Source: Candidatus Poribacteria bacterium (GTDB lineage Bacteria; Poribacteria; WGA-4E; PCPOR2b). Taken from it: a stretch of DNA of 64,000 nt. Shown here piece by piece: positions 48,119-59,542 of this stretch; the stretch's first letter is position 1, and each line of letters starts with the position of its first letter. The stretch is taken from positions 1,792,001 through 1,856,000 of the forward strand of contig OZ240245.1 of the NCBI GenBank assembly GCA_965198175.1. The letters are read 5' to 3'. The notes under the pieces were generated by a model that saw only the letters and a list, made by a program, of their open reading frames with translations, ran no database searches and had not been told where the DNA came from. The translations under genes were made by a program, and so were the position numbers.

Positions 48119-48913
48119 ATGCATGAACACCCAATATTTGCACCGGATCAGCAGGAAGAGGTGCTGGACTTTTTCCAGCGGAACAACTATGCGGTCACAT
48201 CGGATGCGCTCACGTCCGATGAAGTGGATTTTCTCAATGACTTTGTGGAGGGAAGTAAGCAGCGGATACCGGAAGAATGGGGTATTGGCACCCGCGATAT
48301 TCACGACCACGGACAAATCCTCGTCGAACACCCGCAGCTAGACGACTTTGTCCAGCATCCAACCACCTTTCCACTCGTGGAGGCAATCCTCGGTGAAGAT
48401 GTGCGGTTTGCTCAGTTCGATTTTCGAGAGTTGCCGGATGGCGATGGAAGGAATCCCATGCGGTTCCATCAGGACCATTCCTACCTTACCCGCCAAAACT
48501 GGGATCCAAATCACGCTTACCAGTGCCGCTATCTGTGCCGCATCTTCTACCTGACCGATGTAACTGAAGAGACGCCCTGTTTCTCTGTTGTTCCGAACAG
48601 CCACCCTTACGCCACGGCGGAGGAGGCGAAATTGGAGATGGCTGCCTATCGAGAAATTCCAATCCGAGGCGCCGCAGGCACTGCTATTCTTTACAACATC
48701 GCAATCTATCATGGGCGGTTCGCTGGGATGACCGATGCAGGCAGGCGCACACAACACACCTATTATAGCCGCGAGGCAAGTCCTGTTTTGACGGAGTGGG
48801 TACTGATTCCAAAACGGCTTGCACAGCATCCGGATTCGGCGCAGCGCGCCTTTTACAGTCAATGGACACCTGCGACTCAGAGATACGCCGACTCCGGCTT
48901 CAAACAAGATTGA
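48119..48913 (+). CDS. PhyH-family dioxygenase
   Basis: FHQD, VVPNSH and AGTAILYNIAIYH. Confidence 0.85.
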   Translation: MHEHPIFAPDQQEEVLDFFQRNNYAVTSDALTSDEVDFLNDFVEGSKQRIPEEWGIGTRDIHDHGQILVEHPQLDDFVQHPTTFPLVEAILGEDVRFAQFDFRELPDGDGRNPMRFHQDHSYLTRQNWDPNHAYQCRYLCRIFYLTDVTEETPCFSVVPNSHPYATAEEAKLEMAAYREIPIRGAAGTAILYNIAIYHGRFAGMTDAGRRTQHTYYSREASPVLTEWVLIPKRLAQHPDSAQRAFYSQWTPATQRYADSGFKQD

Positions 48914-49023
48914 CCTAAGCCAAGAGAATCCGACGTTTACCCATCGGATTTGCACCTAACGAACCGGTCAACAATCTCTAGGTTTAACCCTCCCGATAAC
49001 ATAAACATGAAGGAGTATCGCAA

Positions 49024-49872
49024 ATGTGGAAACTTTGTCTTGGAATAAACGGCTTCGCCGTGGTAGGTCCTATCCACAACGTCAAAGTCACGTATGAAGA
49101 AGTGCTTGAACACGCGGCAGAGCTCGGTTATGATGGTATCGAACTTGACGGCAGGGACGGGGCTGGAATTGCGCCTTATCCTGACGTTCACGATGCGGTG
49201 GCTGTCGCTGCTTATGCGCGGAAGGTCACTTCGTACGGATTGGAAGTGGTGGGCATCCAGGCAGGAGTGACACGGGGCGAAATTGGTTCCCCCGATCAAT
49301 CGAGTCGATTGGAGTGGGGTCAATGCGCAGTTGAACAGGTGGAGTTCTGCCACGCGATGGGTGGGGTTCAATGCGGTTTTTGGCCCGCAATGAAACAACC
49401 CGACCTTCCGCAGGAGGAAGTTGTGTCTCGAATGTCTGAAGCTCTCCGTCCTGTTGCCGCGCGGGCGGAGGAGCTCGGATTGATGACGACGATTGAGCCG
49501 GAGGCTATCCAACTTGCGTACAACTACGCGCTCGCCGCGCGGGTAGTTGACGCTGTGGGCTCACCCAACTTTCGTCTGATTTACGACTGCGGCCATGCGC
49601 AGATGCTTGACGGGGACGCGCTCGAAGCGGTCACGAGGTATGCTGGCTACATTGGTCATGTGCACTTCTGCGACTCAGATGACAGCAACTTTCAAAATGT
49701 TGCGAGGCATCTCGGTACTGGCGAGGGTACTCTTGACCTTAACGCAATCCTCAATGCACTGCGTGACGTTGGATATGACCGGTGGGTTCAGGCGGATGTG
49801 TGGGGCCACCCGGAGCCGTTTCGGGCGTCTCGACTGTTAAAAGGTACACTTGATGCGTTTCTAGCGGCATGA
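49024..49872 (+). CDS. Sugar phosphate isomerase/epimerase (TIM barrel)
   Basis: GYDGIEL, IEPE, YDCGH and HVHFCD. Confidence 0.87.
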   Translation: MWKLCLGINGFAVVGPIHNVKVTYEEVLEHAAELGYDGIELDGRDGAGIAPYPDVHDAVAVAAYARKVTSYGLEVVGIQAGVTRGEIGSPDQSSRLEWGQCAVEQVEFCHAMGGVQCGFWPAMKQPDLPQEEVVSRMSEALRPVAARAEELGLMTTIEPEAIQLAYNYALAARVVDAVGSPNFRLIYDCGHAQMLDGDALEAVTRYAGYIGHVHFCDSDDSNFQNVARHLGTGEGTLDLNAILNALRDVGYDRWVQADVWGHPEPFRASRLLKGTLDAFLAA

Positions 49873-49928
49873 AATGCGTCAATCCCTCGCAAAACCTTTG
49901 AACGACTGGGGCTATCGGCGAACAGATT

Positions 49929-50894
49929 TTGGATTCACAAATGGAAGGAGAAGGACCATTGACGAGCACAATTGAAACGCGTCCTTTTGGCAGCACGGGA
50001 GAAAATGTAACGGTCGTAGGCTTGGGCGGCTCTCATCTCGGGGATATTTCCCTGAACGACGGGGTGTCCACGGTGCATTGCGCGCTTGACCTCGGCATCA
50101 CCTACTTTGATACCTCTCCCCTTTATGGGGCTTCCCAAATGATTCTCGGAGTGGCGTTACGGCCCCGCCCGGACAAGTACGTCTTGGCAACGAAGCTCGG
50201 GCATTTCCGCAATCCACGGCATTTCCGATCTGTTGAGGCGATTCATGTTCAGATTGGTGAAAACCTGCGTACCCTACAGCGAGATAGCGTGGATGTGCTT
50301 CAGGTACATGAAGCCGATTGGCGTGCGTGGTGGTCAGATGACGTACCACACGACAAAAACGTTGACCCCGATCAAGACTACGATTTTGCCAATGCGGCTG
50401 TCACGCAAGCGCTTCGCGAGGCGAAGGAGCAGGGTCTCTGCCGATTCACCGGGGTCACCGGCAACAGCGCAACTGAGACGGCTCACGCTTTACGCCATGT
50501 GGATGTGGACGCTTATCTGGTCGCGGGTCACTACGACCTGTTATGGCGAGACTTGCGCCGCGAATCCTTGCCGCTTGCACGTGAGCGAGGCGTAGCAATG
50601 GTGTTGGGAGGCGCACTTCGGGGCGGAACTTTTGCAGCATCTCAACAGAAAATCGCGGAGACTTTCCCGGCGGTTATACGGTCGCGATTCGAGCGGCTAT
50701 ACGCGCTGCAGCTCGAGAGCGGTCTTTCGATTGTCGCGCTCAGCGTCCGGTTTCTCATGGGCGACCCTGACATCACGACGATGTTAATTGGCGCCAAAAA
50801 TCCAGCCGAGGTAGAGGAGAGTGCCATCGCTGCACACGCGGGGCCTCTGCCGTCCGATCTACATCAAGCAATTGAAGCATTGGGCATCCCGTGA
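49929..50894 (+). CDS. Aldo/keto reductase
   Basis: FDTSPLYG, LATK and QVH catalytic tetrad. Confidence 0.9.
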   Translation: MDSQMEGEGPLTSTIETRPFGSTGENVTVVGLGGSHLGDISLNDGVSTVHCALDLGITYFDTSPLYGASQMILGVALRPRPDKYVLATKLGHFRNPRHFRSVEAIHVQIGENLRTLQRDSVDVLQVHEADWRAWWSDDVPHDKNVDPDQDYDFANAAVTQALREAKEQGLCRFTGVTGNSATETAHALRHVDVDAYLVAGHYDLLWRDLRRESLPLARERGVAMVLGGALRGGTFAASQQKIAETFPAVIRSRFERLYALQLESGLSIVALSVRFLMGDPDITTMLIGAKNPAEVEESAIAAHAGPLPSDLHQAIEALGIP

Positions 50895-50979
50895 TTCCCT
50901 GCCGTAGTCGCCCGATGTTGATAATGAGAAGCGTTTGAAGGGGTTGAAGTGTTCGTTATAGGCGGGATGGGGTTGTGAT

Positions 50980-53900
50980 TTATGTTTCATCGTCCCTGTC
51001 GATCTGCGCGAGCAACTGTTCGATCGCTACATTGAGTTGGCTGTCTACACCTCGATCGGCTTCTCCAAGCGGGCGGTCCACTTCGACATCAACCGGTCTG
51101 CCTACCCCTTCGACATTGTCGCCCTCAAGGGTTGTAACCTTAAACCGGGGAAGACGGAACCATGTCCCGTCGAGCAATCTCCAGTTCGTTGTCCAGATTA
51201 CTGCGCCGGCAGTGGGCACCCCGACGACCTTACCGAGCCCCAATCTGCGGAATCCCTCGCTGAACATCTCTGCATTGCTTGCTGAATGCTCGTTGACGAT
51301 CAATATGACAGGCTTCTCAAGGATGCGGCTGCCAGCTAGGTGGGTGTCCGGTGTGGCGATGCGCGCGCGATAGCTCGATCTTGTATACGCTTTCCGGTGC
51401 AGCACGTCAAGGATGAACGGTGCGATGTGCCCGCCACGGTTGAAGCGAACATCAATGATGACCCCCGCTTTGTTGTGCGTTTCGGCATCAAGATCTGCGG
51501 TGAACTGGATGTAGGCGTCATAGGACATCATACGGATATGGACGTATCCGAGCCGCCCATTACTCTTTTCATGAACATATTCACCATTACATCTCACCCA
51601 GTGCTTGTAACGCAGGTCGGCGTATCGTGTTCCGTCAATCGGTTGAACGATTAGGTCGCGTGCGCCTTCAAGCTTAGGATTGTCGTTGAGTTTTACGCTG
51701 ACTCGCTTTCCACGTTTGCGTTGGAGTAGCTTGGGGAGGTTGACCTGCGAATTGAGTTCGACACCATTGACTGTGACGAGATATTCGCCGACGCGAGCGG
51801 GTTCTGGCGGCAGGGTCAACGGCGAACCCGGTAGGAGATGGGTAATCTTGAAATGCCCGCGATCCTCCAATGCGTCCTGATCGAAATCCGCACCGAGATA
51901 GCTGTCAGAGGTGTTCCTGTTGCCATCAAGTGCCCCGAGGTGTGAAGCGTTCAGTTCACCGACCATGAGGTTCAAAATCTCGCGGAAATCTGTTTTCGTC
52001 TGGATGCTCTGAACAACCGGTCGAAATTTTTCCCACAGCCCCTCCCAATCACAGCCGTGATATTCTGCGTCATAGAAGCTATCCCGTATCATCCGCCACG
52101 CCTCATTGAAGGCTTGCATTTTCTGGAGATGAAAGTTGATTTCAACCTCCGCTAACGTTTCGATTGCTCTTGGATCGCCTTCTTTACCCCCGTCTTCGCT
52201 CATTCCAAGCGAATGAATACGCCCGCCATCGTTGTAGTAAAGTCTTTTGCCATCTGGCAGAAAATGGACATTTCCTTTGCCTGCTGCGGTTGAAGTCAAC
52301 TGTTTGGGAAGTTCACCACGCGTATCAACCTCTAGTGGCATACTCCAAAGATTGGGATGACCGCTCATGGCGGCGCGGAAAATCAGCGTTTTACTGTCAG
52401 GGTGAATGCGTATCGCCTCAGCATTTAGTTTAGCGTCGGTGAGAAAGCGGAGTCGGTGCTTGATAGTTTCAAATTCAATCTCAACGTGTTCGATTTTCTT
52501 TTTTTCGCCATCTTTTTCGCACTCATTTTCGGAATCTGCCGCAGCCGTTTCTGGTCTATCCTCGCGGTTTTCTTTATCTTCGTCCGTTTCAAAGAGTCTA
52601 TCGAAATCCTCTTCCTTAAAGATTGGTTGAATTGGCTTGAGGTCTACCCGTGCAATCTGGTTTTCTGTCCGGTACTGTCTCGTATTGAAGATGATAAACT
52701 TGCCATCGGGCGACCAATGCAGGTCGTCAGCGCTGACGTTGCTCAAGAAAGTGAGTTGTTTGGGCGTACTCTCTTCGATATGTTGGACGTAGAGGTTGCT
52801 GAAGAAATTTAGGTCTTGGGCGATGAACCCAAGCCATTTGCTATCGGGCGACCATTCGAAATCTGTCGGCACGGGGAGATGGATGAACAGCTGATTAGTG
52901 ACGAATGGGCGCTTTTCCTGTGTTTCGTTATCCAACAACCAGATTTCGGCATTGCCCTGAATGTAGGCGAGCCATTTGCCATCCGGCGAGAATATCGGGG
53001 CGTATTTCTGTTCGGGGGAATTGGTGAGTTGGGTTTCTTCACGCGCTTTGAAATCGTGCTCGAAGAGCTGGTTGTTCCCACGGCGATCCGAAACATAGAC
53101 AAGCCGATCGCTATCTGGATGCCACCGCAACTGACTCTCACGGGCGGGCGTATCTGTGACCTTAAATGAATCGCCTCCTTTTTTGACTTTTTCCCCCTTG
53201 TCTGCGAGATCGGCAAAAACCTCTCCGTGGACAATGAATCCAACCTTTTTGCCGTCAGGAGAAAGTTGAAATTCGTTGATGTCGCCAGTGAAAGTTCGAT
53301 GGATAACTGGGTTGGATTTTTCATCTGTGTGCACAGCGATTTCTATCGGTTCAGATTCTCGATTGCTGAGGTTTAGCCGCCAGAGCTGAAAGTCACGCTC
53401 GAACGTAATCCATTTGCCGTCCGTAGAGATTGATGGACGCAACAGACGTCCGTCGGCAAAGTGGGTAATCTGTTCAGCGGTACTATCGCCATCCAGTCGC
53501 ACAAACCAGATATTTTCCTCACCGTCTCGATCGCTAAGATAATAGAGTCCATCTCCTTCCGCGCTCCACATAGGGTTGAGATTTTTGCCGAGGTACCGCG
53601 TTAATCGCTGGCGATCGATTCCGGTAACGTTCATCGTCCAGATGTCGGAATGTCCCGAGGGATATGGACCGCGCCGCCACCATGCCTGTCCGTTGTTGTT
53701 AAACGCTAACGTACCTCCTATGGGGGAGATTGCTAGATTATAGTGAACTTCCAAGGGGTCGCCAGCAATCCGGATGGGGGTGCCGCCCTCAACCGATATC
53801 TTATAAATCGCGCCGCAGAGACCATCGTACAACGACGCAAAATAGAGCCAACGCCCATCGGGGGACCAACAGGAAGGCGGGGTTGATGCGCTGTGATAAG

Positions 53901-54243
53901 TCAAGCGCCTCGGCGGCGAGCTAGAATCGAGGGAGATTACGTAGATATTTCCCTCGCCTGTACGCTGAGAGGCAAACGCCAATTTGCTCCCGTCGGGAGA
54001 GAAGAGCGGATGTGAATCATCGCTTGGGTGTGTCGTAATTCGCCTAGCCTGCCCACCTGCGGCGCACGCCATCCACACATCGCCCGCATAGCAAAATGCG
54101 ATTTCGCTCCCATTCGGTGAAAGGTTCGGTTGACACAGATATGGGAAATGCGCGGTTTCGGATCTGTTTGCATTATCTGTTCCGGCAGTGTAGAGGGTTG
54201 ATAACATCGTCAAAAAGGGACGACTCAAATTGGTCATGCACAT
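50980..54243 (-). CDS. Tricorn-like S41 protease
   Basis: PD40 beta-propeller repeats, GELNASH, a PDZ-like region, IIDVRFNRGG and SASNAE. Confidence 0.92.
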   Translation of the reverse strand: MCMTNLSRPFLTMLSTLYTAGTDNANRSETAHFPYLCQPNLSPNGSEIAFCYAGDVWMACAAGGQARRITTHPSDDSHPLFSPDGSKLAFASQRTGEGNIYVISLDSSSPPRRLTYHSASTPPSCWSPDGRWLYFASLYDGLCGAIYKISVEGGTPIRIAGDPLEVHYNLAISPIGGTLAFNNNGQAWWRRGPYPSGHSDIWTMNVTGIDRQRLTRYLGKNLNPMWSAEGDGLYYLSDRDGEENIWFVRLDGDSTAEQITHFADGRLLRPSISTDGKWITFERDFQLWRLNLSNRESEPIEIAVHTDEKSNPVIHRTFTGDINEFQLSPDGKKVGFIVHGEVFADLADKGEKVKKGGDSFKVTDTPARESQLRWHPDSDRLVYVSDRRGNNQLFEHDFKAREETQLTNSPEQKYAPIFSPDGKWLAYIQGNAEIWLLDNETQEKRPFVTNQLFIHLPVPTDFEWSPDSKWLGFIAQDLNFFSNLYVQHIEESTPKQLTFLSNVSADDLHWSPDGKFIIFNTRQYRTENQIARVDLKPIQPIFKEEDFDRLFETDEDKENREDRPETAAADSENECEKDGEKKKIEHVEIEFETIKHRLRFLTDAKLNAEAIRIHPDSKTLIFRAAMSGHPNLWSMPLEVDTRGELPKQLTSTAAGKGNVHFLPDGKRLYYNDGGRIHSLGMSEDGGKEGDPRAIETLAEVEINFHLQKMQAFNEAWRMIRDSFYDAEYHGCDWEGLWEKFRPVVQSIQTKTDFREILNLMVGELNASHLGALDGNRNTSDSYLGADFDQDALEDRGHFKITHLLPGSPLTLPPEPARVGEYLVTVNGVELNSQVNLPKLLQRKRGKRVSVKLNDNPKLEGARDLIVQPIDGTRYADLRYKHWVRCNGEYVHEKSNGRLGYVHIRMMSYDAYIQFTADLDAETHNKAGVIIDVRFNRGGHIAPFILDVLHRKAYTRSSYRARIATPDTHLAGSRILEKPVILIVNEHSASNAEMFSEGFRRLGLGKVVGVPTAGAVIWTTNWRLLDGTWFRLPRFKVTTLEGDNVEGVGRPVDVEVDRPLGEADRGVDSQLNVAIEQLLAQIDRDDET

Positions 54244-54271
54244 TCCTTTCTAAATCAACCTTGAACTAGGA

Positions 54272-55969
54272 CTACCATCCCACCACATAGCCATCCTGGC
54301 GCGGATCAGATCCGCCAATGAGCGCATCGGAGTGGGGGTCGACCAGAATTGCCTGGGCGTTGCCGGGCCCCTCCCAATCTCCCAGAATTTGGAGTGCGTG
54401 ACCTTTCCGAGCAAGTCCCTCGCGGACGTCTTCGGTAAATCGCCCTTCTAACTGAAGCACATCCGGGCAGGTATGCGGGATTGTTGATTCCATTGGATTT
54501 TGCAGGTTACGCCAACGAGGCGATTCAACCGCTTCCTGTGGGGTCATTTTAAAATCGATAATGTGCGTTATCGACTGGAGGTTGGTTTGCACCTGTGTAT
54601 CTGCTCCCGGTGTGCCACAAATCAGGAAGGGTTTATTATCTTTCGTCACGATTACAGGATTCATCGTGTGACGCACGCGCTTGCCGGGCATCAGGCAATT
54701 GGGATGACTGGCGTCAAGGTGCCAGTAGGTCATTCGATTGTTGAGCAAAATCCCGGTATCCCCCGCGATGAGGCTTGAGCCGAACCCAGATTGAATGCTC
54801 TGTAGCATGCAGACGGCATTTCCCCATGGATCGGCGACACAGAAACAGGTGGTGTCTTCAAACTGTTCAGACATGGTGGTAGGAACATCAGTCAACGTTC
54901 GATTGGGATGGATACGCTCAGCTTGTTTGGCAGCATAGGTTTTAGATAACATGCCTTTCAGTGGGATATGTCGCCAGTCTGGGTCTGCCGTATGTTTCTC
55001 CCGATCGGCAAATGCGAGTTTTTTCGCTTCAACCATCAAGTGGACGCTTTCTGCCGTGTTGCAGCCCATTGAATCCAAATCGAAGAGTTCAACGATATTC
55101 AACTCCTGCAACAAAACATGACCACTCGAATTGGGCGGCATTTCATAGACTTCATACCCTCGGTAATTCGTGTGGATGGGATTCACCCAACGTGCACGGT
55201 GATTCGTGAGATCTCTTTCTGCCAGCAGCCCATCGTACGCCTGGCTAAACTCGACGATTGCTTTAGCGATCTCCCCCTCGTAGAAGGTATGGCGTCCCTC
55301 GGCTGCGATTTTTTGCAATGTCCTACCAAGGGCTTTCTGGTAAAGAATCTCTCCAGCTTTGATCGGGTTGCCATCATTGGTAAACACGGCGCGTGTGTAT
55401 GGTTCTGAGGCGAAGCGTAGCGTTTCGCTTTCAAGTGCAGCAGCGAGTTGGCGACTTACAGGAAAGCCATTTTCACAGAGCAAAATTGCCGGTTCAAATA
55501 CCCGATTGAGATTAAGCGCACCGTAACGCTCATGGGCAATGAGCCAGCCATCGACCAACCCCGGGACCGAAATGCTGCGAATCCCTTTCATCGGAATGCC
55601 GCCATCCCGGAGGTAGACTTCACGGGTTGCCGCGTATGGTGCAGCGCCGGTCGCATTCACAGCCGTTAGTACGCCGGTCTCCGCCCAATAGATTAGGATA
55701 AATCCATCCCCACCGACGCCGGAACAGTGTGGTTCAACCACACCCAACGCTGCCGCTGTTGCGATAGCGGCATCAACCGCGTTCCCACCTGCCATCATTG
55801 CCTGAATTCCCGCTTGTGATGCGAGTGGATGTCCCGATGCCACCATGCCGTTCCTGGCCATCACATTCGGTCGAAATGCTGGAAATTGGATACCATGTGG
55901 TGATTGCAATAAAGTGTATCCCCCTTCAGAAATGGTTGACGATCGCAGTTTGGTTAACGCTTTCTCCAC
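54272..55969 (-). CDS. ggt: Gamma-glutamyltransferase
   Basis: GGNAVDAAIA, PPNSSG, DTT nucleophile, PGKR and GSDPRQDG. Confidence 0.92.
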   Translation of the reverse strand: MEKALTKLRSSTISEGGYTLLQSPHGIQFPAFRPNVMARNGMVASGHPLASQAGIQAMMAGGNAVDAAIATAAALGVVEPHCSGVGGDGFILIYWAETGVLTAVNATGAAPYAATREVYLRDGGIPMKGIRSISVPGLVDGWLIAHERYGALNLNRVFEPAILLCENGFPVSRQLAAALESETLRFASEPYTRAVFTNDGNPIKAGEILYQKALGRTLQKIAAEGRHTFYEGEIAKAIVEFSQAYDGLLAERDLTNHRARWVNPIHTNYRGYEVYEMPPNSSGHVLLQELNIVELFDLDSMGCNTAESVHLMVEAKKLAFADREKHTADPDWRHIPLKGMLSKTYAAKQAERIHPNRTLTDVPTTMSEQFEDTTCFCVADPWGNAVCMLQSIQSGFGSSLIAGDTGILLNNRMTYWHLDASHPNCLMPGKRVRHTMNPVIVTKDNKPFLICGTPGADTQVQTNLQSITHIIDFKMTPQEAVESPRWRNLQNPMESTIPHTCPDVLQLEGRFTEDVREGLARKGHALQILGDWEGPGNAQAILVDPHSDALIGGSDPRQDGYVVGW

Positions 55970-56294
55970 GGTAGTGACTTACCCTTTAGCAAATTGACAA
56001 GGCACATGTGATATGCAATGCGTAAGATAAGCAATTCTTCTACAATGTATAAACACAGTCACCATCTGTTTCCGGTTCGTTGAAAAGGGGAAAAAAAATA
56101 CTGGACAATCGGGTCGAGAAGTGGTACTCTCTTTTCTAGAACGACTCGCGAAAACGGAAGGAAAAATACCGATAAATCGTGAACATCATAACCGACCTTT
56201 CACCTGCTGTCAAGCACTCTTTGATCTGCTCGAAAACAGGTGATAGAGAAAAATCAAGCCCAAGCCGTATAACAAAGATTGAAGGAGCCTTACC

Positions 56295-58664
56295 GTGACA
56301 TTTGTACGTCCTCCACAGTCATCTCAGTGTGAAGCCATAACTTTTCCAGACATGGAACTGTGGTTGAGGCAGCACGATCTCTTGTATGAACGTCCGCCGG
56401 AAATTTGGGACGAAGGGATGCTGCTCGCCAACGGCGACATCGGCGCTGTGCTCTGGCTTGAAGAGGAACGGTTGAACATCTCGCTTGACAAGTGCGACCT
56501 TTTCGAGACTAACCCTCAGACAAGAGATATTCACCCCGACTTCCATTGGAGCACCCTCGTTACGGGCTTAAAAACAGCACAGTGGCAGGATACGGAAGCT
56601 ATTTTCTCCGAGAGCTGGCAGCTCGTCTACCATCCGCCCGTTGGTCGAATCGTAATAGACCTCGGTTCGCCGCCGACGGAGTTTCGAGGACGGCTCCGGT
56701 TGAGTCGGGCGCAGGTGGAAGCACGGATGGTTTCAGCAAACCGAAATCTCAACCTGTCAGCCTTCATTCCCCCGCAGCGAAACGCGCTCGTAATCACCAT
56801 AGAATCGGATGACGGTGCGTTTTCGCCTACGGTCACTTGTCTACCAGCAAAGGTGGAATTGAGTCAATTCCGCTTCAGCGGTATGCCGGGCGATGTTAGA
56901 GCAGCCGGACCCGGGCAGCCGAGCGCGTATCCTTCTGCCGAACTCGACCTCGGCGTACGAGAATGGGGTTGGAAACAGACGATGCTGAACGGGGAGGCGT
57001 TGTATGTCCGCGGCACAACCGACCAATCAGCGCCGAATCGAATTGTCTTCTACATCACTTTGGCAAGTTCCACAGAAGGTCCCAATCCTGACCTTCGCGC
57101 TAGGGAGACGCTTCGAGAAGCGAAGCGTGAGGGACCCGCATCGATTTCTGAAGCACATACCGCTTGGTGGGAAGCGTATTGGTCACACTCCTTCATCTCC
57201 ATTCCTGATCCGCAACTTGAAAATCTTTACTATTTGGGTATCTACCAACTCGGCTCGGCTTCGAACCCTGGGAAGCACTGGCCGATGGGACTCTTGGCGC
57301 CTTGGACACCGGATACCGACATGGTAGTTGGCGCTGGACGACCGCACTTCGATCTGCCAATGTACTATTGGCCGATCTATACTTCGAATCACCTGGAGAT
57401 GGCGAACGGCCTCTGTGAATGGGGTTGGAAATACCTCCCGGACTTCTGCCGACGGGGTAGGGCGTTCGGCTGGGAAGGACCATGGCTCGGCGGCGCCCTT
57501 GGAGCGGATGGGACGATTAGTTTCATGGGCGATGCGAGCACCACCTTTTGGCCCGGTTGCGGGGCATGGGTGTGTCATTTCTACTGGCTGCGTTACCGCT
57601 ATTCGCTCAACGAAGATTTTCTCCGAGAACGCGCCTACCCGATTATGCGCGAGTTCATGAAGACTTACCTGGGTATGCTCGAGCGAGGCGGCGATGGACT
57701 GTGGCATCTCCCGTGGTCATGCTCGCCGGAATTCACCCCCGGAGATGGGATTCCGTGGGGACCGGACTCATCAGCGGATTTGGCACTCATCCGATTTCTA
57801 GCTGAGTCGCTTCTTGAATCGGTGCAGATTCTCAAAATAGACGATCCGGATGCGGAAAATTGGCGGGATGTTCTGTCGAACCTCACCGCCTTCCCACACG
57901 GCACGGATGGGCTTCATATTTGGGATGGGCAACCGCTAGACCGTCCGCACCGCCACATGACCCACCTGTTTCCGATATATCCGATGCACCAGATTTCGAT
58001 TAACAGTGAAACCGAACAGAAAAATCTCATCGATCAGAGCCTTGCACAGGTTGAGTCTCAGGGATTTGTGACGGACTGGCAGTGCTGGTCCTACGTTTAC
58101 CTTGCGATGATTTATGCTCGCGTTGGGAAGGGTGAAGCGTGCGTTGAAGCCCTTAAAGCGTATGAGAGCTATGTTACCCCCGTCGGTCTAGCCACCAACG
58201 CGCCATACGAACGAGGCAGGGCTGCTGAAGGTGTGCCGTTGGAACCGAGCCTTGGGGCGCCGGCGGTAATTATGGAAATGTTGCTCCAGAGTTGGGGTGG
58301 GATTATCCGCGTTTTTCCGGCGCTGCCCGAGGCGTGGAAAGATGCCTCTTTTTGTCGGCTCCGTACGGAAGGGGCGTTTCTGGTCTCCTCACGTCTGAAA
58401 GCTGGTCAGGTCAAATTCGTGAGCGTCGAGAGCACAGTTGGGGGGATCTGCCGCATTGTGAATCCTTATGCGAGTCCCGCGAACGTGTACGGACTAACAG
58501 GCGACCTCGTCCGGTCGTTCACTGATCCAATTGTTGAATTTCCAACGGTGCCGGGAAAGGACTACTTACTCTTGTCGATTGATGAGAATTTTAACACTGT
58601 GGATTTCGATTTGTACCAGCCGAAACGACCGGCGGCGGAACAGAACAGATACGGTGCCCGTTAG
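56295..58664 (+). CDS. GH95-like (alpha-L-fucosidase-like) glycoside hydrolase
   Basis: LANGDIG, CSPE, HRHMTHLFPIYP, EMLLQS, FPALPEAW and LRTEGAF. Confidence 0.82.
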   Translation: MTFVRPPQSSQCEAITFPDMELWLRQHDLLYERPPEIWDEGMLLANGDIGAVLWLEEERLNISLDKCDLFETNPQTRDIHPDFHWSTLVTGLKTAQWQDTEAIFSESWQLVYHPPVGRIVIDLGSPPTEFRGRLRLSRAQVEARMVSANRNLNLSAFIPPQRNALVITIESDDGAFSPTVTCLPAKVELSQFRFSGMPGDVRAAGPGQPSAYPSAELDLGVREWGWKQTMLNGEALYVRGTTDQSAPNRIVFYITLASSTEGPNPDLRARETLREAKREGPASISEAHTAWWEAYWSHSFISIPDPQLENLYYLGIYQLGSASNPGKHWPMGLLAPWTPDTDMVVGAGRPHFDLPMYYWPIYTSNHLEMANGLCEWGWKYLPDFCRRGRAFGWEGPWLGGALGADGTISFMGDASTTFWPGCGAWVCHFYWLRYRYSLNEDFLRERAYPIMREFMKTYLGMLERGGDGLWHLPWSCSPEFTPGDGIPWGPDSSADLALIRFLAESLLESVQILKIDDPDAENWRDVLSNLTAFPHGTDGLHIWDGQPLDRPHRHMTHLFPIYPMHQISINSETEQKNLIDQSLAQVESQGFVTDWQCWSYVYLAMIYARVGKGEACVEALKAYESYVTPVGLATNAPYERGRAAEGVPLEPSLGAPAVIMEMLLQSWGGIIRVFPALPEAWKDASFCRLRTEGAFLVSSRLKAGQVKFVSVESTVGGICRIVNPYASPANVYGLTGDLVRSFTDPIVEFPTVPGKDYLLLSIDENFNTVDFDLYQPKRPAAEQNRYGAR

Positions 58665-58716
58665 ATCGTAAGCAGTGAGAATCTAAGACATAAATTCCAT
58701 CGAAGTTTCCGTATAT

Positions 58717-59511
58717 CTACCCGATACGATATCCGCAGAACTTACAGAGCTTCCTTGCTTCATAGTAGTATGCGGGCAGATTGTTCCGGCGCGCGCGGAA
58801 TTCACTGTGCGTACCACACATCCAGTAGAACATCTCCGCAGTGTCAGAAATCGAAACATGATAGGCGTGCTCAAGTTCAAACTCCGGTTCGATAATCCAA
58901 TCGCGCTCCGGCGGAACCGTCCGCATGTACCAATACTTCAGGAGATTCCGGGTAGCGCTAGCTGTAGAGATGGTTCGTCGGTGCCATATCGAATATACGG
59001 TGAGGAAAATCGACCCAGCCGGCGCCGCCGTAGAGACCGCATTTCGAATGCTGCCGTAATGGCTCATGGCGCTTCCATCAGCGTAGCGGAAGTGTGACCC
59101 CGGCACAACCTCCGTCGGTCCAAGTTCTAATGGCGTATCCTGTGGATAGTAGAACACCTGTAGCGAATCGAGTTCGTGACTAAATACCGAGCCTTTGTCG
59201 CGATGCCAACCCTGAGCTGTCTCCGGACACTGGACTCGGTGATTCGCCATGTAAGGCATGGTCAGCGCAAAATTCCTGCCTAACACCGACCGTATTGCAC
59301 CTGCAGCGTGTGGATTAAGGATGACATTGTCGACAAACCAGTCTTCCTCCAAGATTTGTAACGGCGTGTGCTCCGGATGTTCTTCAAGATAATCGAACGA
59401 TATTCTGTTAATCTCGTCCGGAACGACGCCTTCAAGCATCAGAAAGCCTGTACGGCAAAAATCCAATACTTGTGAATCAGTTAACGTTGGCGCACAATCG
59501 TACGTTCTCAT
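58717..59511 (-). CDS. PhyH-family dioxygenase (tandem paralogue)
   Basis: WHRD, VVPGSH and IWHR. Confidence 0.87.
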   Translation of the reverse strand: MRTYDCAPTLTDSQVLDFCRTGFLMLEGVVPDEINRISFDYLEEHPEHTPLQILEEDWFVDNVILNPHAAGAIRSVLGRNFALTMPYMANHRVQCPETAQGWHRDKGSVFSHELDSLQVFYYPQDTPLELGPTEVVPGSHFRYADGSAMSHYGSIRNAVSTAAPAGSIFLTVYSIWHRRTISTASATRNLLKYWYMRTVPPERDWIIEPEFELEHAYHVSISDTAEMFYWMCGTHSEFRARRNNLPAYYYEARKLCKFCGYRIG

Positions 59512-59542
59512 AGTTGTGTGTTATCTCCATAATTCTGAATAT